Shown: positions 29,940 through 40,563 of the stretch, piece after piece
Position numbering within the stretch: position 1 is the first letter of the stretch
Layout: the number at the start of each line of letters is the position of its first letter
Source: an uncultured Alphaproteobacteria bacterium
GTDB taxonomy: Bacteria > Pseudomonadota > Alphaproteobacteria > Methylaequorales > Methylaequoraceae
Length of the DNA stretch: 64,000 bases
NCBI GenBank assembly: GCA_902625895.1
Contig: CACODD010000002.1
Location: 20,785 to 84,784, forward strand
Direction of reading: 5' to 3'
The notes under the pieces: model-generated
The model's database searches: none
Told to the model about the DNA's origin: nothing
The model's input: only the letters and a program-made list of their open reading frames with translations
Translations under genes and position numbers: made by a program

Positions 29940-30464
29940 ATGAATAAAAATAGATTTAAGTTATTGAGCATAATAATATCATACTTTTTTTTTGTTTTTG
30001 TAATTATAATTTCAATAAACACTGTAGTACCAGAAAAAGATCTTCAAGTATTAGAACCAAAAGAAATATTAATTCAAAAAGTTGATAATAATTTTTTAAG
30101 AAATAAAAACTCTGTTTACGAAATATTGGAAAAAGACAATCATGAGCCTGAAAAAAGTATTGAGTCTGAGGAGGGAAAATCAAATTCAAAAATTATTAAA
30201 AATGGAATTAAAAAAGATAATTTCAGAATTCAATTTGCTTCATTTAAAGAAAAACAAAAAAGTTTGGAAATTTCTTCTAAATTGAAAGAGAAAATGTCAA
30301 ATATGTCTATAGGGATAAACCTTATTGTAAAAGAAGTTAAAATAAAGGAAAACCAAACTTTTTATAGAGTAATATCTGAAAGTAAATATCCATTTGGAAA
30401 AGCAAATAGTGAATGCGCAAAATTTAAAAAAAATAAGATCCAATGTATAATTATTAAAAGTTAA
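29940..30464 (+). CDS. SPOR-domain membrane protein
   Basis: ATG at 29940 (MNKNRF), N-terminal TM, C-terminal IQFASF...FYRV...C..C; conserved position after argS. Confidence 0.8.
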   Translation: MNKNRFKLLSIIISYFFFVFVIIISINTVVPEKDLQVLEPKEILIQKVDNNFLRNKNSVYEILEKDNHEPEKSIESEEGKSNSKIIKNGIKKDNFRIQFASFKEKQKSLEISSKLKEKMSNMSIGINLIVKEVKIKENQTFYRVISESKYPFGKANSECAKFKKNKIQCIIIKS

Positions 30465-31490
30465 ATGAAACAAATAGACGCCATAATTTTATCTTGTTTT
30501 GGTTATGAACTTACGTCTAATGAAAAAAAATTTTTCAAAAATATTAATCCTTTTGGATTCATTCTTTTCAAAAGAAATTTTAAAAATAAAGAACAAATTA
30601 AACAATTAATACAAAACTTAAAAAAAGTAACTTTAAACCCTGATTTACTAATTTTCATTGATCAAGAAGGTGGTAGGGTGCAAAGACTAGATAACCACGA
30701 GTTTACTAAATTTCCTCCTCAAATGGCATTTGGGAATATATACAAAAAAGATAAGAAGAAGGCTATAGAATTAGCCTATAAATCTGCATTTTTAATGGGT
30801 AAACAACTTAAAGAAATTTGTATAGATGTTAATTTTTCACCAGTGTGTGACCTTTTTTTTGATAATGCACATAAAGTAATAGGTGATAGATCCTTTGGAT
30901 CAGATCCTGAATTAGTACTAAATTTATCAAATTCTTTTTGTAAAGCGCTTATAGACTCTGGAATTATTCCAGTACCAAAGCATTTTCCTGGCCATGGTAG
31001 ATCAAAATTCGATACACATTTGCAATCATCAATTATAAATGAAAGTTATAGTGATTTAATAAAAACCGATTTAGTACCATTTAAAATTCTTGATAAATCG
31101 TTAATGGTTATGTTGGCACATATCAAATATCCATTAATTGATTCAAAAGTTGCTACTTACTCAAATGAAATTACTAGGAATATTTTAAGGAAAAAGTTTA
31201 AATTTAAAGGTCTTGTGATTTCCGATGATATTTCAATGAAAGCAATAAAGGATGACCTTAAGACTAAAGTAATAAATTGTTATGAAGGTGGATGTGATAT
31301 AGTAATGTATTGTAAAGGAGATTTAAATGATATGAAATTAATTTATCCACTTGTGCAGGTTATAGAAAACAAAGTGATCAATTTCTTTTATAATCAAAAA
31401 AGAAAAATCATACCAAAAAGAAAAAATAATAACAAATTTAAGTCTGATCTGATAGAATATAATCTGATAAGTAATGCACCTAAATCTTAA
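30465..31490 (+). CDS. nagZ: Beta-N-acetylhexosaminidase
   Basis: IDQEGGRVQRL, KHFPGHG, DTH, SDDISM. Confidence 0.93.
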   Translation: MKQIDAIILSCFGYELTSNEKKFFKNINPFGFILFKRNFKNKEQIKQLIQNLKKVTLNPDLLIFIDQEGGRVQRLDNHEFTKFPPQMAFGNIYKKDKKKAIELAYKSAFLMGKQLKEICIDVNFSPVCDLFFDNAHKVIGDRSFGSDPELVLNLSNSFCKALIDSGIIPVPKHFPGHGRSKFDTHLQSSIINESYSDLIKTDLVPFKILDKSLMVMLAHIKYPLIDSKVATYSNEITRNILRKKFKFKGLVISDDISMKAIKDDLKTKVINCYEGGCDIVMYCKGDLNDMKLIYPLVQVIENKVINFFYNQKRKIIPKRKNNNKFKSDLIEYNLISNAPKS

Positions 31491-32181
31491 CATAAGCGGA
31501 TATGAAGGACCTTTGGATTTATTACTTGATTTATCAAAAAAACAAAAAGTCGATATAAAAAAAATTTCAATACTAGAATTGGCTAATCAATACCTAAATT
31601 TTGTAGAAGAAAATCTTGAAAATTTAAAATTAACTGCTGACTATTTAGTAATGGCCTCTTTGTTAGCTTATTTGAAATCTAAGTTACTTATTCCTGAAGA
31701 AAAAGAAGAGGTTCAGGAAATTCAAGAGGATTTGACGCAAAGAATCGTTCATTATAATGCTATAAAAAAGTTGTCAAATAAAATATTTCAACTCCCTGTA
31801 GAAGGTCATGATTTCTTGAATATTTCAATTAAGAATGATTTCGTTATTAGTAATAAGATTGTACCAAAAATATCTCTACAAGATTTAATTTTAAAGTATT
31901 CTGAGATTTTTAAAAAAAAGAAATCAATTACACTTCTCACAGAGGAAAATGACTTTTACAGTCTAGAAGACGGCGAAAGGTGGCTTAGAAGTATTTTTAA
32001 ACTAAAAGAAAAAAATTGGTTAAATCTTTTTAAGTTTCTTCCAGAGGGTACTAAAAGTTTAAAAATGAAGAGGTCTGCAATATTATCTTTATTACTAGCT
32101 TCACTTGACAATGTTAATCAAGGAAAAATATTAATAAATCAAAAAGATCATTTCGAAGAAATCATGGTAAAATTAAAATAA
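31474..32181 (+). CDS. scpA: Segregation and condensation protein A
   Basis: YEGPLDLLL.L..KQKVD, ADYLVMA..LAYLKSKLL. Confidence 0.92.
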   Translation: MHLNLNISGYEGPLDLLLDLSKKQKVDIKKISILELANQYLNFVEENLENLKLTADYLVMASLLAYLKSKLLIPEEKEEVQEIQEDLTQRIVHYNAIKKLSNKIFQLPVEGHDFLNISIKNDFVISNKIVPKISLQDLILKYSEIFKKKKSITLLTEENDFYSLEDGERWLRSIFKLKEKNWLNLFKFLPEGTKSLKMKRSAILSLLLASLDNVNQGKILINQKDHFEEIMVKLK

Positions 32182-32702
32182 TGGATAATAAGATTGCAAA
32201 AAATTTCATTGAATCTCTTATCTTTTCTGCGGATGAACCCTTGACAAAGGAAAGTATGAAGAAAATGCTTTCCTTTTATGGTGATTTTAATTTAGATCTT
32301 ATCCTTAGAGAGCTTAAAAACGATTATATGAATAGGGGTGTTCAATTGATTGAACTAGAAAAAAGATTTTATTTTAAAACAGCTGATACATTAAATGATT
32401 ACATGAGAATTGAGACAAAGAAAACTAGAAATTTGTCTCCTGCAGCAATGGAAACTTTAGCTATAATTTCTTATCATCAACCAGTTACAAGAGCTGAAAT
32501 AGAAAAAATTAGAGGAAAACCAGTTTTTAGAGGCACATTAGATACCTTATTGGAGTTAAAATGGATAAAACCCTCTGGTAGGAGGGAAACGCCTGGTCGA
32601 CCTGTGACATGGGTAACAGATTTTGAATTTTTAAGACACTTCGGGTTAAAATCTATCAAAGATTTACCAAAAGTTGATGAATTAGAATCAGTTATCTTGT
32701 AA
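32181..32702 (+). CDS. scpB: Segregation and condensation protein B
   Basis: ETLAIISYHQPVTRAEIEKIRG, PGRPVTW, FL.HFGL....DLP. Confidence 0.95.
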   Translation: MDNKIAKNFIESLIFSADEPLTKESMKKMLSFYGDFNLDLILRELKNDYMNRGVQLIELEKRFYFKTADTLNDYMRIETKKTRNLSPAAMETLAIISYHQPVTRAEIEKIRGKPVFRGTLDTLLELKWIKPSGRRETPGRPVTWVTDFEFLRHFGLKSIKDLPKVDELESVIL

Positions 32703-32727
32703 TATATTTTTTAATAAGGGAGAGTTT

Positions 32728-32880
32728 ATGTTTGGTCTAGGTCATTGGGAAATTATTCTAATTCTGGTTATAGTTTTGATATTTTTCGGGGCGGGCAAGT
32801 TGCCAAAAGTAGCAGGAGAAATAGCCAAAGGGATTAAATCATTTAGGCAAGGTTTAAAAGATGATAAGAAAGAAAAGTAA
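32728..32880 (+). CDS. tatA: Twin-arginine translocase TatA (50 aa)
   Basis: Not in the ORF track. MFGLGHWEIILILVIVLIFFGAGKLPKVAGEIAKGIKSFRQGLKDDKKEK, with RBS AGGGAG upstream. Confidence 0.95.
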   Translation: MFGLGHWEIILILVIVLIFFGAGKLPKVAGEIAKGIKSFRQGLKDDKKEK

Positions 32881-32889
32881 ATTAATTCT

Positions 32890-33132
32890 ATGTTTAATAT
32901 AGGTTTAATTGAATTTTTAATAATATTTTTTTTTTTTATTTTACTAGTTAAGCCTGAAGATATCCCAATTATTTTTAAAAATCTTGGTTTATTTTACAGA
33001 AAACTAAGTAGATATTTTTACAACATTAAATATGAAATCGATGAAATTAATAATGAATTTTCAGAAGTTAACATGAACAAAAAAAAAATAAATAATGAAG
33101 TATCTAGATCATCTAAAAGAACTAAGAAATAG
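32890..33132 (+). CDS. tatB: Twin-arginine translocase TatB
   Basis: MFNIGLIEFLII...VKPEDIP; lies between tatA and tatC. Confidence 0.85.
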   Translation: MFNIGLIEFLIIFFFFILLVKPEDIPIIFKNLGLFYRKLSRYFYNIKYEIDEINNEFSEVNMNKKKINNEVSRSSKRTKK

Positions 33133-33817
33133 ATTGCTTTTAAGCTTTTTATTTCTAACGATAAGTTTTATTTTTTTTTTTTATAATGCATCTCACTTAG
33201 GAGAACTTCTCTCTAAACCTTTATTCAAATTACTTGTTGATTCTGATTACAAAAGAATGATTTTTACTGGGTTACCAGAAGTTTTCGTATCTAACCTAAA
33301 AATATCATTGTTTGCGTCTTTTATTATTTCAATGCCCTTTTTAATTGTTCAAATGGTACTTTTCTTATCACCGGCAATGTATAAGAAAGAAAAAAAAATT
33401 TTAATGCCAATATTTTTTTTAGTTCCAATCTTATTTTTTTTTGGAATTGCTTTTGCATATTTTGTTTTAATTCCTTTTATTTGGTCTTTTTTTATTTCGT
33501 TTGAAAACTTTTTTTCGTCAGGTCTTAATTTGGAACTTGAATCTAGATATTCAGAATATATGAAATTAACAATGTTTCTGTTGTTTGCATCCGGAATGTC
33601 ATTTGAATTTCCAATTCTTTTAATAATTTTAACAAAATTTGGAATAGTCGATGTCAAATTCTTAAGAAAAAATAGAAAATACTTTTTTTTAGGAATTTTA
33701 GTTTTTTCAGCATTGTTCACCCCTCCTGATATTATTTCACAGTTAGGCATTGCTATTCCACTTATAATCTTTTATGAAGTTTCAATAGCCTTTATTTTTT
33801 TTTTTATGAGAAAGTAA
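33095..33817 (+). CDS. tatC: Twin-arginine translocase TatC
   Basis: HLKELRNRL, FEFP, FTPPDIISQ. Confidence 0.96.
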   Translation: MKYLDHLKELRNRLLLSFLFLTISFIFFFYNASHLGELLSKPLFKLLVDSDYKRMIFTGLPEVFVSNLKISLFASFIISMPFLIVQMVLFLSPAMYKKEKKILMPIFFLVPILFFFGIAFAYFVLIPFIWSFFISFENFFSSGLNLELESRYSEYMKLTMFLLFASGMSFEFPILLIILTKFGIVDVKFLRKNRKYFFLGILVFSALFTPPDIISQLGIAIPLIIFYEVSIAFIFFFMRK

Positions 33818-33821
33818 AATT

Positions 33822-35099
33822 TTGCACGATATAAAGTTTATAAAAAATAACCCTTCACTTTTAGATGATTCTTTAAAAAAAAGAAAGTTACCACCTTGTA
33901 GTTCTAAAATTGTAAAAATTCATAACGAATATTTAGAACAATTAAACAAAAAACAAAAATTATTAGAAGAAAAAAACTCATTATCTAAATCTTTTTTAAA
34001 TAAAGAGAAAAACGTAGAAAAAATTAAAACATTGGTTCATGAATTAAAAATAAAAATTGACAGGATAAATGGTCTCGCAGATTTAAAATTACGTGAGTTA
34101 AATCAATCATTGCTGTTTCTTCCTAATATTCTGTCCAAAAAAGTTCCTGATGGAGAGTCTGAAGAAGATAACAGAATCGTTAAAGAATATGGTGAAATAA
34201 AAAGCTTTAATTTTAAACCTAAAAATCATTTGGAATTAGCAGAAAATCTTGGCCTAATTGATTATAAAAAAGCAATAAAGATTTCAGGAAGTAGATTTTC
34301 AATATTAAAAAGTGATTTGGCAAAACTTCATAGAGGGCTAATTAATTTTTTACTTGATAATAATTCACTGGAATTTGGTTTCGAGGAGTATGTTGTTCCA
34401 GAACTTGTAAAAGGAGAGGCTCTCAAAGGAACAGGTCAACTTCCAAAATTTGAAGAAGATCTATTTAAAACAAATTTTAACGATCTATATCTTATTCCTA
34501 CTTCGGAGGTTCCCTTAACAAATTTGAATAGAGATTCAATTATAAATAAAAATGATTTGCCTTTAAAATATACGACATATACAAATTGCTTTAGAGCAGA
34601 GGCCGGAGCATCAGGTTCAGATACTAAAGGATTAATGAGAGAGCATCAGTTCGGAAAAGTGGAGTTAGTAACAATTTCGGAACCGGAACAATCAAATGAA
34701 GAATTAAATAACATGATTATTTGCGTTGAAAATATATTGAAGAAATTGTCTATACCTTACAGAGTTGTAGAACTTTGTTCTGGTGATATTGGTTTTTCAT
34801 CCTCTTACACTCTTGATATAGAAATATGGATGCCAGGTCAAAATAAATATAGAGAAGTATCGAGTTGTTCAAACTGTACTGATTTTCAATCAAGAAGAAT
34901 GAAAATGCGTATTAAAAATTTTGAAAGTGGAGAAATTTATTATCCACATACGCTCAATGGTTCGTCTTTAGCTATTGGAAGGCTTTTAATATCCATTCTT
35001 GAAAATTATCAAAATGAGGATGGTACAATCCGAATTCCATCAATCCTGAAAGAATATACAAATGGTTTAAGTATTATTTCTAATGATAAAAAAATCTGA
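33822..35099 (+). CDS. serS: Serine--tRNA ligase
   Basis: TTG start MHDIK; GTGQLPKF, PTSEVP, FRAEAG, REVSSCSNC, HTLNGS. Confidence 0.97.
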   Translation: MHDIKFIKNNPSLLDDSLKKRKLPPCSSKIVKIHNEYLEQLNKKQKLLEEKNSLSKSFLNKEKNVEKIKTLVHELKIKIDRINGLADLKLRELNQSLLFLPNILSKKVPDGESEEDNRIVKEYGEIKSFNFKPKNHLELAENLGLIDYKKAIKISGSRFSILKSDLAKLHRGLINFLLDNNSLEFGFEEYVVPELVKGEALKGTGQLPKFEEDLFKTNFNDLYLIPTSEVPLTNLNRDSIINKNDLPLKYTTYTNCFRAEAGASGSDTKGLMREHQFGKVELVTISEPEQSNEELNNMIICVENILKKLSIPYRVVELCSGDIGFSSSYTLDIEIWMPGQNKYREVSSCSNCTDFQSRRMKMRIKNFESGEIYYPHTLNGSSLAIGRLLISILENYQNEDGTIRIPSILKEYTNGLSIISNDKKI

Positions 35100-35730
35100 A
35101 ATTAAAAAAAAAATTAATTTAATTTTAGAACTTCAAAACCATGGTATTGATAACGCGGATGTTTTAAAAGTTATGGAGGAAGTTGATAGGCAAATCTTTG
35201 TAGAAGAAAGTCTAAGACAAAAAGCTTTTGATAATATAGCTCTTCCTATAGGTTGTGGACAAACTATATCTCAACCGCTTGTTGTCGCGTTAATGACACA
35301 ATTTTTAGATATAAAAAAAAATATGAGAGTATTAGAGATTGGAACTGGAAGTGGCTATCAAACTTATATTCTCTCCAAATTAGCAAGATTTGTTTACACT
35401 GTGGAAAGACATAAATTCTTGTCCATCAATGCATATAATCTTTTTAAAAAACTTATGGTTACAAATATTTTTTGTAAGCATGATGATGGTGGCCTTGGGT
35501 GGAAGGATCAAGCACCTTTCGACAGAATAATAGTTACAGCTAGTGCTCCTGAGATTCCTGGAAAGTTAATCGAGCAATTATCAATCAACGGTAAAATGAT
35601 TATTCCAATTGGAGACCAACACAATGATCAAATTTTAAAGAGTATTTCAAAAAATAACGAAAGACTCATAATTACTGATATTGGTTCAGTAAGATTTGTC
35701 CCACTATTAGAAGGAAAAGAGAATAAATGA
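35083..35730 (+). CDS. pcm: Protein-L-isoaspartate O-methyltransferase
   Basis: GQTISQP, VLEIGTGSGY, APFDRIIVTA, FVPL. Confidence 0.95.
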   Translation: MIKKSEIKKKINLILELQNHGIDNADVLKVMEEVDRQIFVEESLRQKAFDNIALPIGCGQTISQPLVVALMTQFLDIKKNMRVLEIGTGSGYQTYILSKLARFVYTVERHKFLSINAYNLFKKLMVTNIFCKHDDGGLGWKDQAPFDRIIVTASAPEIPGKLIEQLSINGKMIIPIGDQHNDQILKSISKNNERLIITDIGSVRFVPLLEGKENK

Positions 35731-36605
35731 AAAATTTGTACATATTTTTCTTTTTTTTGGTAATGAGTTGCGAAAGTTACTTGTATGATAATTATAAAAT
35801 CATTGATTATAAAAGCAAAGTCAGTCGTGATTATATTCAAAAGAATAATCTATACAAAGTAAGAAAAGGTGATAATCTTTTTTCAATATCTCGTCGATTC
35901 AATATCTCAATTCAAGATCTTATTAAAGTCAATAAAATACAAGAACCATATAAAATATTTCCAAATCAAAGTATTTTCATTCCTCAAAATCAAATTCATA
36001 CAGTTGTAAAAGGCGAAACTCTTTATTCCATATCGAGGTATTATGAAACAACAGTGTTTACACTCGCAAAATACAACAATATTAAAAATGTTAACAACAT
36101 AAAAGTTGGGAAAGAATTAATTATTCCTAAAAGAAGTAAAAAAAAAAAAAAAATTAAAAACAAAAAATGGGATAGTAACTTCAAAAAAAAAAACATAGAA
36201 AATAATAAAAATGTAATACTTAGGGATAATAAAACTTCACAATTTATTTGGCCTGTAAAAGGTAAGCTACTTTCAAAATATGGTAAATCAAAAGAGGGAT
36301 TTTATAATGATGGAATAAACATTGACTCAAAAAAAGGAACAAAAGTAATGTCATCACAAGCTGGAAAAGTGATTTATTGCGGAAATGAAATCCCAGGTTA
36401 TGGAAATTTAATTTTAATAAAACATTCAAAAAACTGGATAACTGCATATGCACATCTAAATGAAGTTTTCACAGAAAAAGGTAAGAAGGTCCGTAAAGGT
36501 GAAATAATTGGTTCGGTTGGTAATACAGGTAACGTAAGGTCACCGCAACTTCATTTTGAAATTCGCAAAGGTAAGGATTCTGTTAATCCGTTAAAATTAC
36601 TTTAA
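35727..36605 (+). CDS. nlpD: LysM/M23 lipoprotein (NlpD/DipM-like)
   Basis: Lipobox VMSC, two LysM repeats, and WPVKG, NDGINI, YAHL, PQLHFEIR. The M23 lacks the first Zn His, so it is probably an amidase activator. Confidence 0.85.
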   Translation: MKNLYIFFFFLVMSCESYLYDNYKIIDYKSKVSRDYIQKNNLYKVRKGDNLFSISRRFNISIQDLIKVNKIQEPYKIFPNQSIFIPQNQIHTVVKGETLYSISRYYETTVFTLAKYNNIKNVNNIKVGKELIIPKRSKKKKKIKNKKWDSNFKKKNIENNKNVILRDNKTSQFIWPVKGKLLSKYGKSKEGFYNDGINIDSKKGTKVMSSQAGKVIYCGNEIPGYGNLILIKHSKNWITAYAHLNEVFTEKGKKVRKGEIIGSVGNTGNVRSPQLHFEIRKGKDSVNPLKLL

Positions 36606-36619
36606 TAATGACTAATCTA

Positions 36620-37384
36620 TTATTTAAGATTTTTTACAAATTGCTGAGCTGTCCTTCCAGAAAAATTTCCTTTTTCAATTGACCAATTTAAAGCTTTTCT
36701 TTCTAAATATTGCGAAAATTTAATTGAGTTTTTTTTTAAATAATATTTCACAATGTTAATATATTGCTCTTGACTGGAGTCATAAAAACCGACCCAACAC
36801 CCGAATCGATCAGATAAGGATATTAGATTTTGATTATTTTCTTTATTTTCGATATCATTATTTGAAATATCTGTGTTTCGATGCGATAGATGCCTCAAAT
36901 TTGATGTTATATAATAACGAACATTTTCAACATGACTTAGAAGACTTCCTTCAATGAGTGTTTTAAATAAATTGAAGTTATCATCATTATCTTTAAATGA
37001 AATATCATCTATAAAAATAATGAATTTATATTGATATTTAGTTATATGGTATACAATATCTATTAAATGCTCAATATTGTTGTTTAAGACTTCCAGCACT
37101 TTTAAGTTTTCGTTAAATTCTTTATTACAATAATCTGCAACGCATTTTACTAATGATGATTTACCCATGCCCTTTGCTCCCCAAAGTAAAATATTATTTG
37201 AATATTTATTCTCCAAAAAATTTTTTGTGTTATTAAGAACAACATTTTTTTGGTAACTAATTTCTAAAAGATCTTCTAGCTTCACATTAAAATTTGTTTT
37301 TACAGGTTCTAACTTGTTACTTCTTGGAATAAAAATAAAAAAATTATTTTCTTTTAGTTGTTTGACATTGTTAAAAACACTCAT
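36620..37384 (-). CDS. DUF815 AAA+ ATPase
   Basis: LLWGAKGMGKSS, FIDD, TSN.RHL, SLSDRFG, SGRTA.QF. Confidence 0.9.
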   Translation of the reverse strand: MSVFNNVKQLKENNFFIFIPRSNKLEPVKTNFNVKLEDLLEISYQKNVVLNNTKNFLENKYSNNILLWGAKGMGKSSLVKCVADYCNKEFNENLKVLEVLNNNIEHLIDIVYHITKYQYKFIIFIDDISFKDNDDNFNLFKTLIEGSLLSHVENVRYYITSNLRHLSHRNTDISNNDIENKENNQNLISLSDRFGCWVGFYDSSQEQYINIVKYYLKKNSIKFSQYLERKALNWSIEKGNFSGRTAQQFVKNLK

Positions 37385-37491
37385 AACTTTTTCATATTTT
37401 AATCAAATTCTTATTTTATACTTGTATTTATAAAGATTTTCTATATTGATTTCATTGTATTTAAATGTAAACAATTATTTAAAGGAAAATC

Positions 37492-37791
37492 ATGATTAAT
37501 TATGCTCATGCTCAAACAGCTGCTCAGCAGCCTTCGATGCTAGCCTCATTCATTCCATTAATTTTAATTTTCTTAATTTTTTATTTTCTTCTGATTAGAC
37601 CACAACAAAAAAAACAAAAAGAGCATAAAATTCTCCTAGACTCAATCCAAAGAGGGGATGAAATTTTATCAAGTGGAGGAATTTTAGGAAAAGTTATAAA
37701 AGTAGATAATGATAAACTTACAGTTGAAATAGCAAAAGGTGTTAATGTTACTATCATCCGATCAACTGTTGCTGATGTAATTAAAAAATAA
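37492..37791 (+). CDS. yajC: Preprotein translocase YajC
   Basis: FYFLLIRPQQKKQKEH, GD....GGI.G. Confidence 0.96.
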   Translation: MINYAHAQTAAQQPSMLASFIPLILIFLIFYFLLIRPQQKKQKEHKILLDSIQRGDEILSSGGILGKVIKVDNDKLTVEIAKGVNVTIIRSTVADVIKK

Positions 37792-37798
37792 AAATAAA

Positions 37799-39373
37799 AT
37801 GCTAAAAATTAATAAATGGAACGTTTTTTTTGTTTTGGCAGTTTGCGTGACAGCAATATATTATATAATTCCAAATATTTATGGAAAAAGTGAGGTTACT
37901 GCACTTCCAAAATTCCTTTCACAGAAGCAAGTTAATTTAGGACTTGATCTTCAGGGTGGATCTCACTTACTTCTTGAAGTTGACACCAAATCAGTTTTAA
38001 AAGAAAAATCTGAAGATTTAGTTGACGATATTAGAAAGTCTTTGAGGAAATCAAAAATTAAATACTCTAATCTTGGTTCGAAAATAACAGGAGCAGTGGT
38101 TACAATTACTGATCCAGAAAAAATTACTTTAGCCAAAAACAGCATCAAAGAAAATATTGAAAAGGGTATTTTAATTGAAGAATCCAAAAATAAATTAAAC
38201 CTATTTTTTTCTGATCAATATATCATTGATACTAGATCTAATACAGTGGAACAATCTATTGAAGTTGTAAGGAAAAGAGTTGATGAATCTGGAACAAAAG
38301 AGCCCTCTATCCAAAGACAAGGAGAAGAAAGAATTGTTGTTCAGCTTCCAGGAATCAAAAATCCGGAGAGAGTTAAAGCTTTGATAGGTAGAACTGCAAA
38401 ACTGAATTTTCATATGCTAGATCCAACCACAGTAGAGCTTGCCGAACAAAGAGGAAAACTTCCACCTGGAACTTTTAAAGCCCTAAATTCTGATCCAACC
38501 GCTTATGAGAAACAGTTTGTTGTTAAAAAAAGAGTACTACTAACTGGGGAAAGGCTCAAAAATGCTGCTGCAACTGTTGACGCGCAAACTGGAAGGTATG
38601 TGGTTGCTTTTGAGTTTGATAAGAAGGGTGCAAAGAAATTTGCCAAAGTTACTACCGATAATACTTATCAAAGATTAGCAATTCTTCTTGATAATAAAGT
38701 AATAAGTGCTCCTCAGATAAGAGAACCAATTACTGGAGGTCAGGGAAATATTAGTGGTAATTTTTCACCTGAAGCTGCCAACGATTTAGCAGTTCTTTTA
38801 AGAGCTGGATCTCTCCCAGCTCCTATCAAGGTATTAGAGGAAAGAACAGTAGGTCCTAGTCTTGGCATTGATTCTATAGAAGCAGGTAAAAAAGCATTAG
38901 TAATTGGTTTTATTTTAGTAATAGTATTTATGATCATAAGATATAAAGCTTTTGGAATTGTTGCTGATTTTGCCATAATTTTCAATATCATTTTGTTGAT
39001 TTCGATGTTAAGCGCGATAGAAGCTACCTTAACGATGCCAGGGATAGCTGGCATAGTTCTAACGGTCGGTATGGCAGTCGACGCAAATGTTTTGGTATTT
39101 GAGAGAATAAAAGAGGAAATAAGGTCTGGAAGATCAATATTGAACTCCATTGATTTAGGTTATAAATTTGCAATAAAAACAATTTTAGATGCAAATTTTA
39201 CAACTCTCATTGCAGCACTATTGTTATATAACTATGGATCAGGACCGATAAAAGGTTTCGCAGTAACTTTGAGTATCGGTATCTTAACATCAATGTTTAC
39301 AGCGTTAATATTAACTAAACTAATAGTAACTTTTTGGGTCCTCAAGCTAAAACCGAAAAGATTGTACATCTAA
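37799..39373 (+). CDS. secD: Protein translocase SecD
   Basis: LGLDLQGG, LRAGSLPAP, VGPSLG, GMAVDANVLVFERI. Confidence 0.97.
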   Translation: MLKINKWNVFFVLAVCVTAIYYIIPNIYGKSEVTALPKFLSQKQVNLGLDLQGGSHLLLEVDTKSVLKEKSEDLVDDIRKSLRKSKIKYSNLGSKITGAVVTITDPEKITLAKNSIKENIEKGILIEESKNKLNLFFSDQYIIDTRSNTVEQSIEVVRKRVDESGTKEPSIQRQGEERIVVQLPGIKNPERVKALIGRTAKLNFHMLDPTTVELAEQRGKLPPGTFKALNSDPTAYEKQFVVKKRVLLTGERLKNAAATVDAQTGRYVVAFEFDKKGAKKFAKVTTDNTYQRLAILLDNKVISAPQIREPITGGQGNISGNFSPEAANDLAVLLRAGSLPAPIKVLEERTVGPSLGIDSIEAGKKALVIGFILVIVFMIIRYKAFGIVADFAIIFNIILLISMLSAIEATLTMPGIAGIVLTVGMAVDANVLVFERIKEEIRSGRSILNSIDLGYKFAIKTILDANFTTLIAALLLYNYGSGPIKGFAVTLSIGILTSMFTALILTKLIVTFWVLKLKPKRLYI

Positions 39374-39378
39374 AGACC

Positions 39379-40260
39379 ATGAAATTTAATATTAATTTTT
39401 TCAAATACAGATTTGTCGCTTTTTTATTGTCCATATCATTGATGGGACTGTCAGCCTTCCTATTTCTGACCAAAAACTTAAATCTTGGTATTGATTTTAA
39501 AGGTGGAATCATGGTCGAAGCTAAATTTTCTCAAGCCCCTAACCTTGCTATATTGAGAGACAAAATAGACAAATTACAAATTGGAAACTCTGAAATACAG
39601 GAATTTGGTGATTCTAACACAATTTTATTCAGATTAGAAAAAATTGATGACAGTAACATGACCCAAGAGCAAATTATTCAAAAATTAAAAAATGAATTAG
39701 ATAGTGATACTGATTACAGAAGAGTTGAATTCGTTGGACCTAAAGTTGGTAAAGAGCTTAAATCAATTGCAATAAAAGCGGTATTATTCTCTTTAATTGC
39801 AATGTTCATTTATATTTGGTTTAGATTTTCTGGTTGGCAATTTGGTCTTGGTGCTTTAGTAGCTCTGTTTCACGATGTTCTTTCAACTATGGGTTTTTTT
39901 TCTTTAACACAAATAGAGTTCAATTTGGCTTCGATTGCTGCTATTTTAACTATTGCAGGTTATTCAATTAACGATACAGTTGTTGTATTTGACAGAATAA
40001 GGGAAAATTTAGTTAAAACAGACAGAGAGTTAGAGGAATTGCTAAATCAATCTATTAATCAGACTTTGTCAAGAACGTTAATGACTTCAATTACTACACT
40101 TCTAGCTTTATTGGCATTATTTGTTTTTGGAGGAGAAGTAGTAAAAGGTTTTGTTTCTGCAATGATGTGGGGAGTTTTAATTGGCACGTACTCGTCTATA
40201 TTTATTGCCTCTCCATTAATTTTATTTTTTGGTTTTAAAAAAGTCGAAGAAAAATCATAA
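39379..40260 (+). CDS. secF: Protein translocase SecF
   Basis: ATG at 39379 (MKFNINF); GIDFKGG, GYSINDTVVVFDRIRE, GTYSSIFIA. Confidence 0.97.
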   Translation: MKFNINFFKYRFVAFLLSISLMGLSAFLFLTKNLNLGIDFKGGIMVEAKFSQAPNLAILRDKIDKLQIGNSEIQEFGDSNTILFRLEKIDDSNMTQEQIIQKLKNELDSDTDYRRVEFVGPKVGKELKSIAIKAVLFSLIAMFIYIWFRFSGWQFGLGALVALFHDVLSTMGFFSLTQIEFNLASIAAILTIAGYSINDTVVVFDRIRENLVKTDRELEELLNQSINQTLSRTLMTSITTLLALLALFVFGGEVVKGFVSAMMWGVLIGTYSSIFIASPLILFFGFKKVEEKS

Positions 40261-40563
40261 ATGAAATTTTATTGATGATTTAGAAATAGAAAAAACTATT
40301 TGACCTAATATATTGTATTCTTTTATAGGTCCAACTTGTGTTTTTGAAATACTAGATTGATGTTCCCCTTCAAACCAAAAATTATTTGAAGAATCTATTT
40401 TAACCAGCTTTTTTACCAATTTGCCGAAAGTCTCATGTTGAAATATGAAAAATTTATTAATTTTTTTTTTTTTAAAAGGTTTGATCAATACAAACGTATT
40501 ATTATTTAAAGAAGGAGACATGCTGTCTCCTTCAATTTTATAGAATGAGAGTTTTAAAAACAT
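40255..40563 (-). CDS. sodX: Nickel SOD maturation protease (S26 family)
   Basis: GDSMSPSL serine motif and LVKK lysine; directly downstream of sodN. Confidence 0.85.
   Translation of the reverse strand: MFLKLSFYKIEGDSMSPSLNNNTFVLIKPFKKKKINKFFIFQHETFGKLVKKLVKIDSSNNFWFEGEHQSSISKTQVGPIKEYNILGQIVFSISKSSIKFHL

Noticed and set aside
34940..34948. Perfect DnaA box TTATCCACA
   Set aside because: A single copy inside serS; about one chance occurrence is expected in a window of this size and composition.
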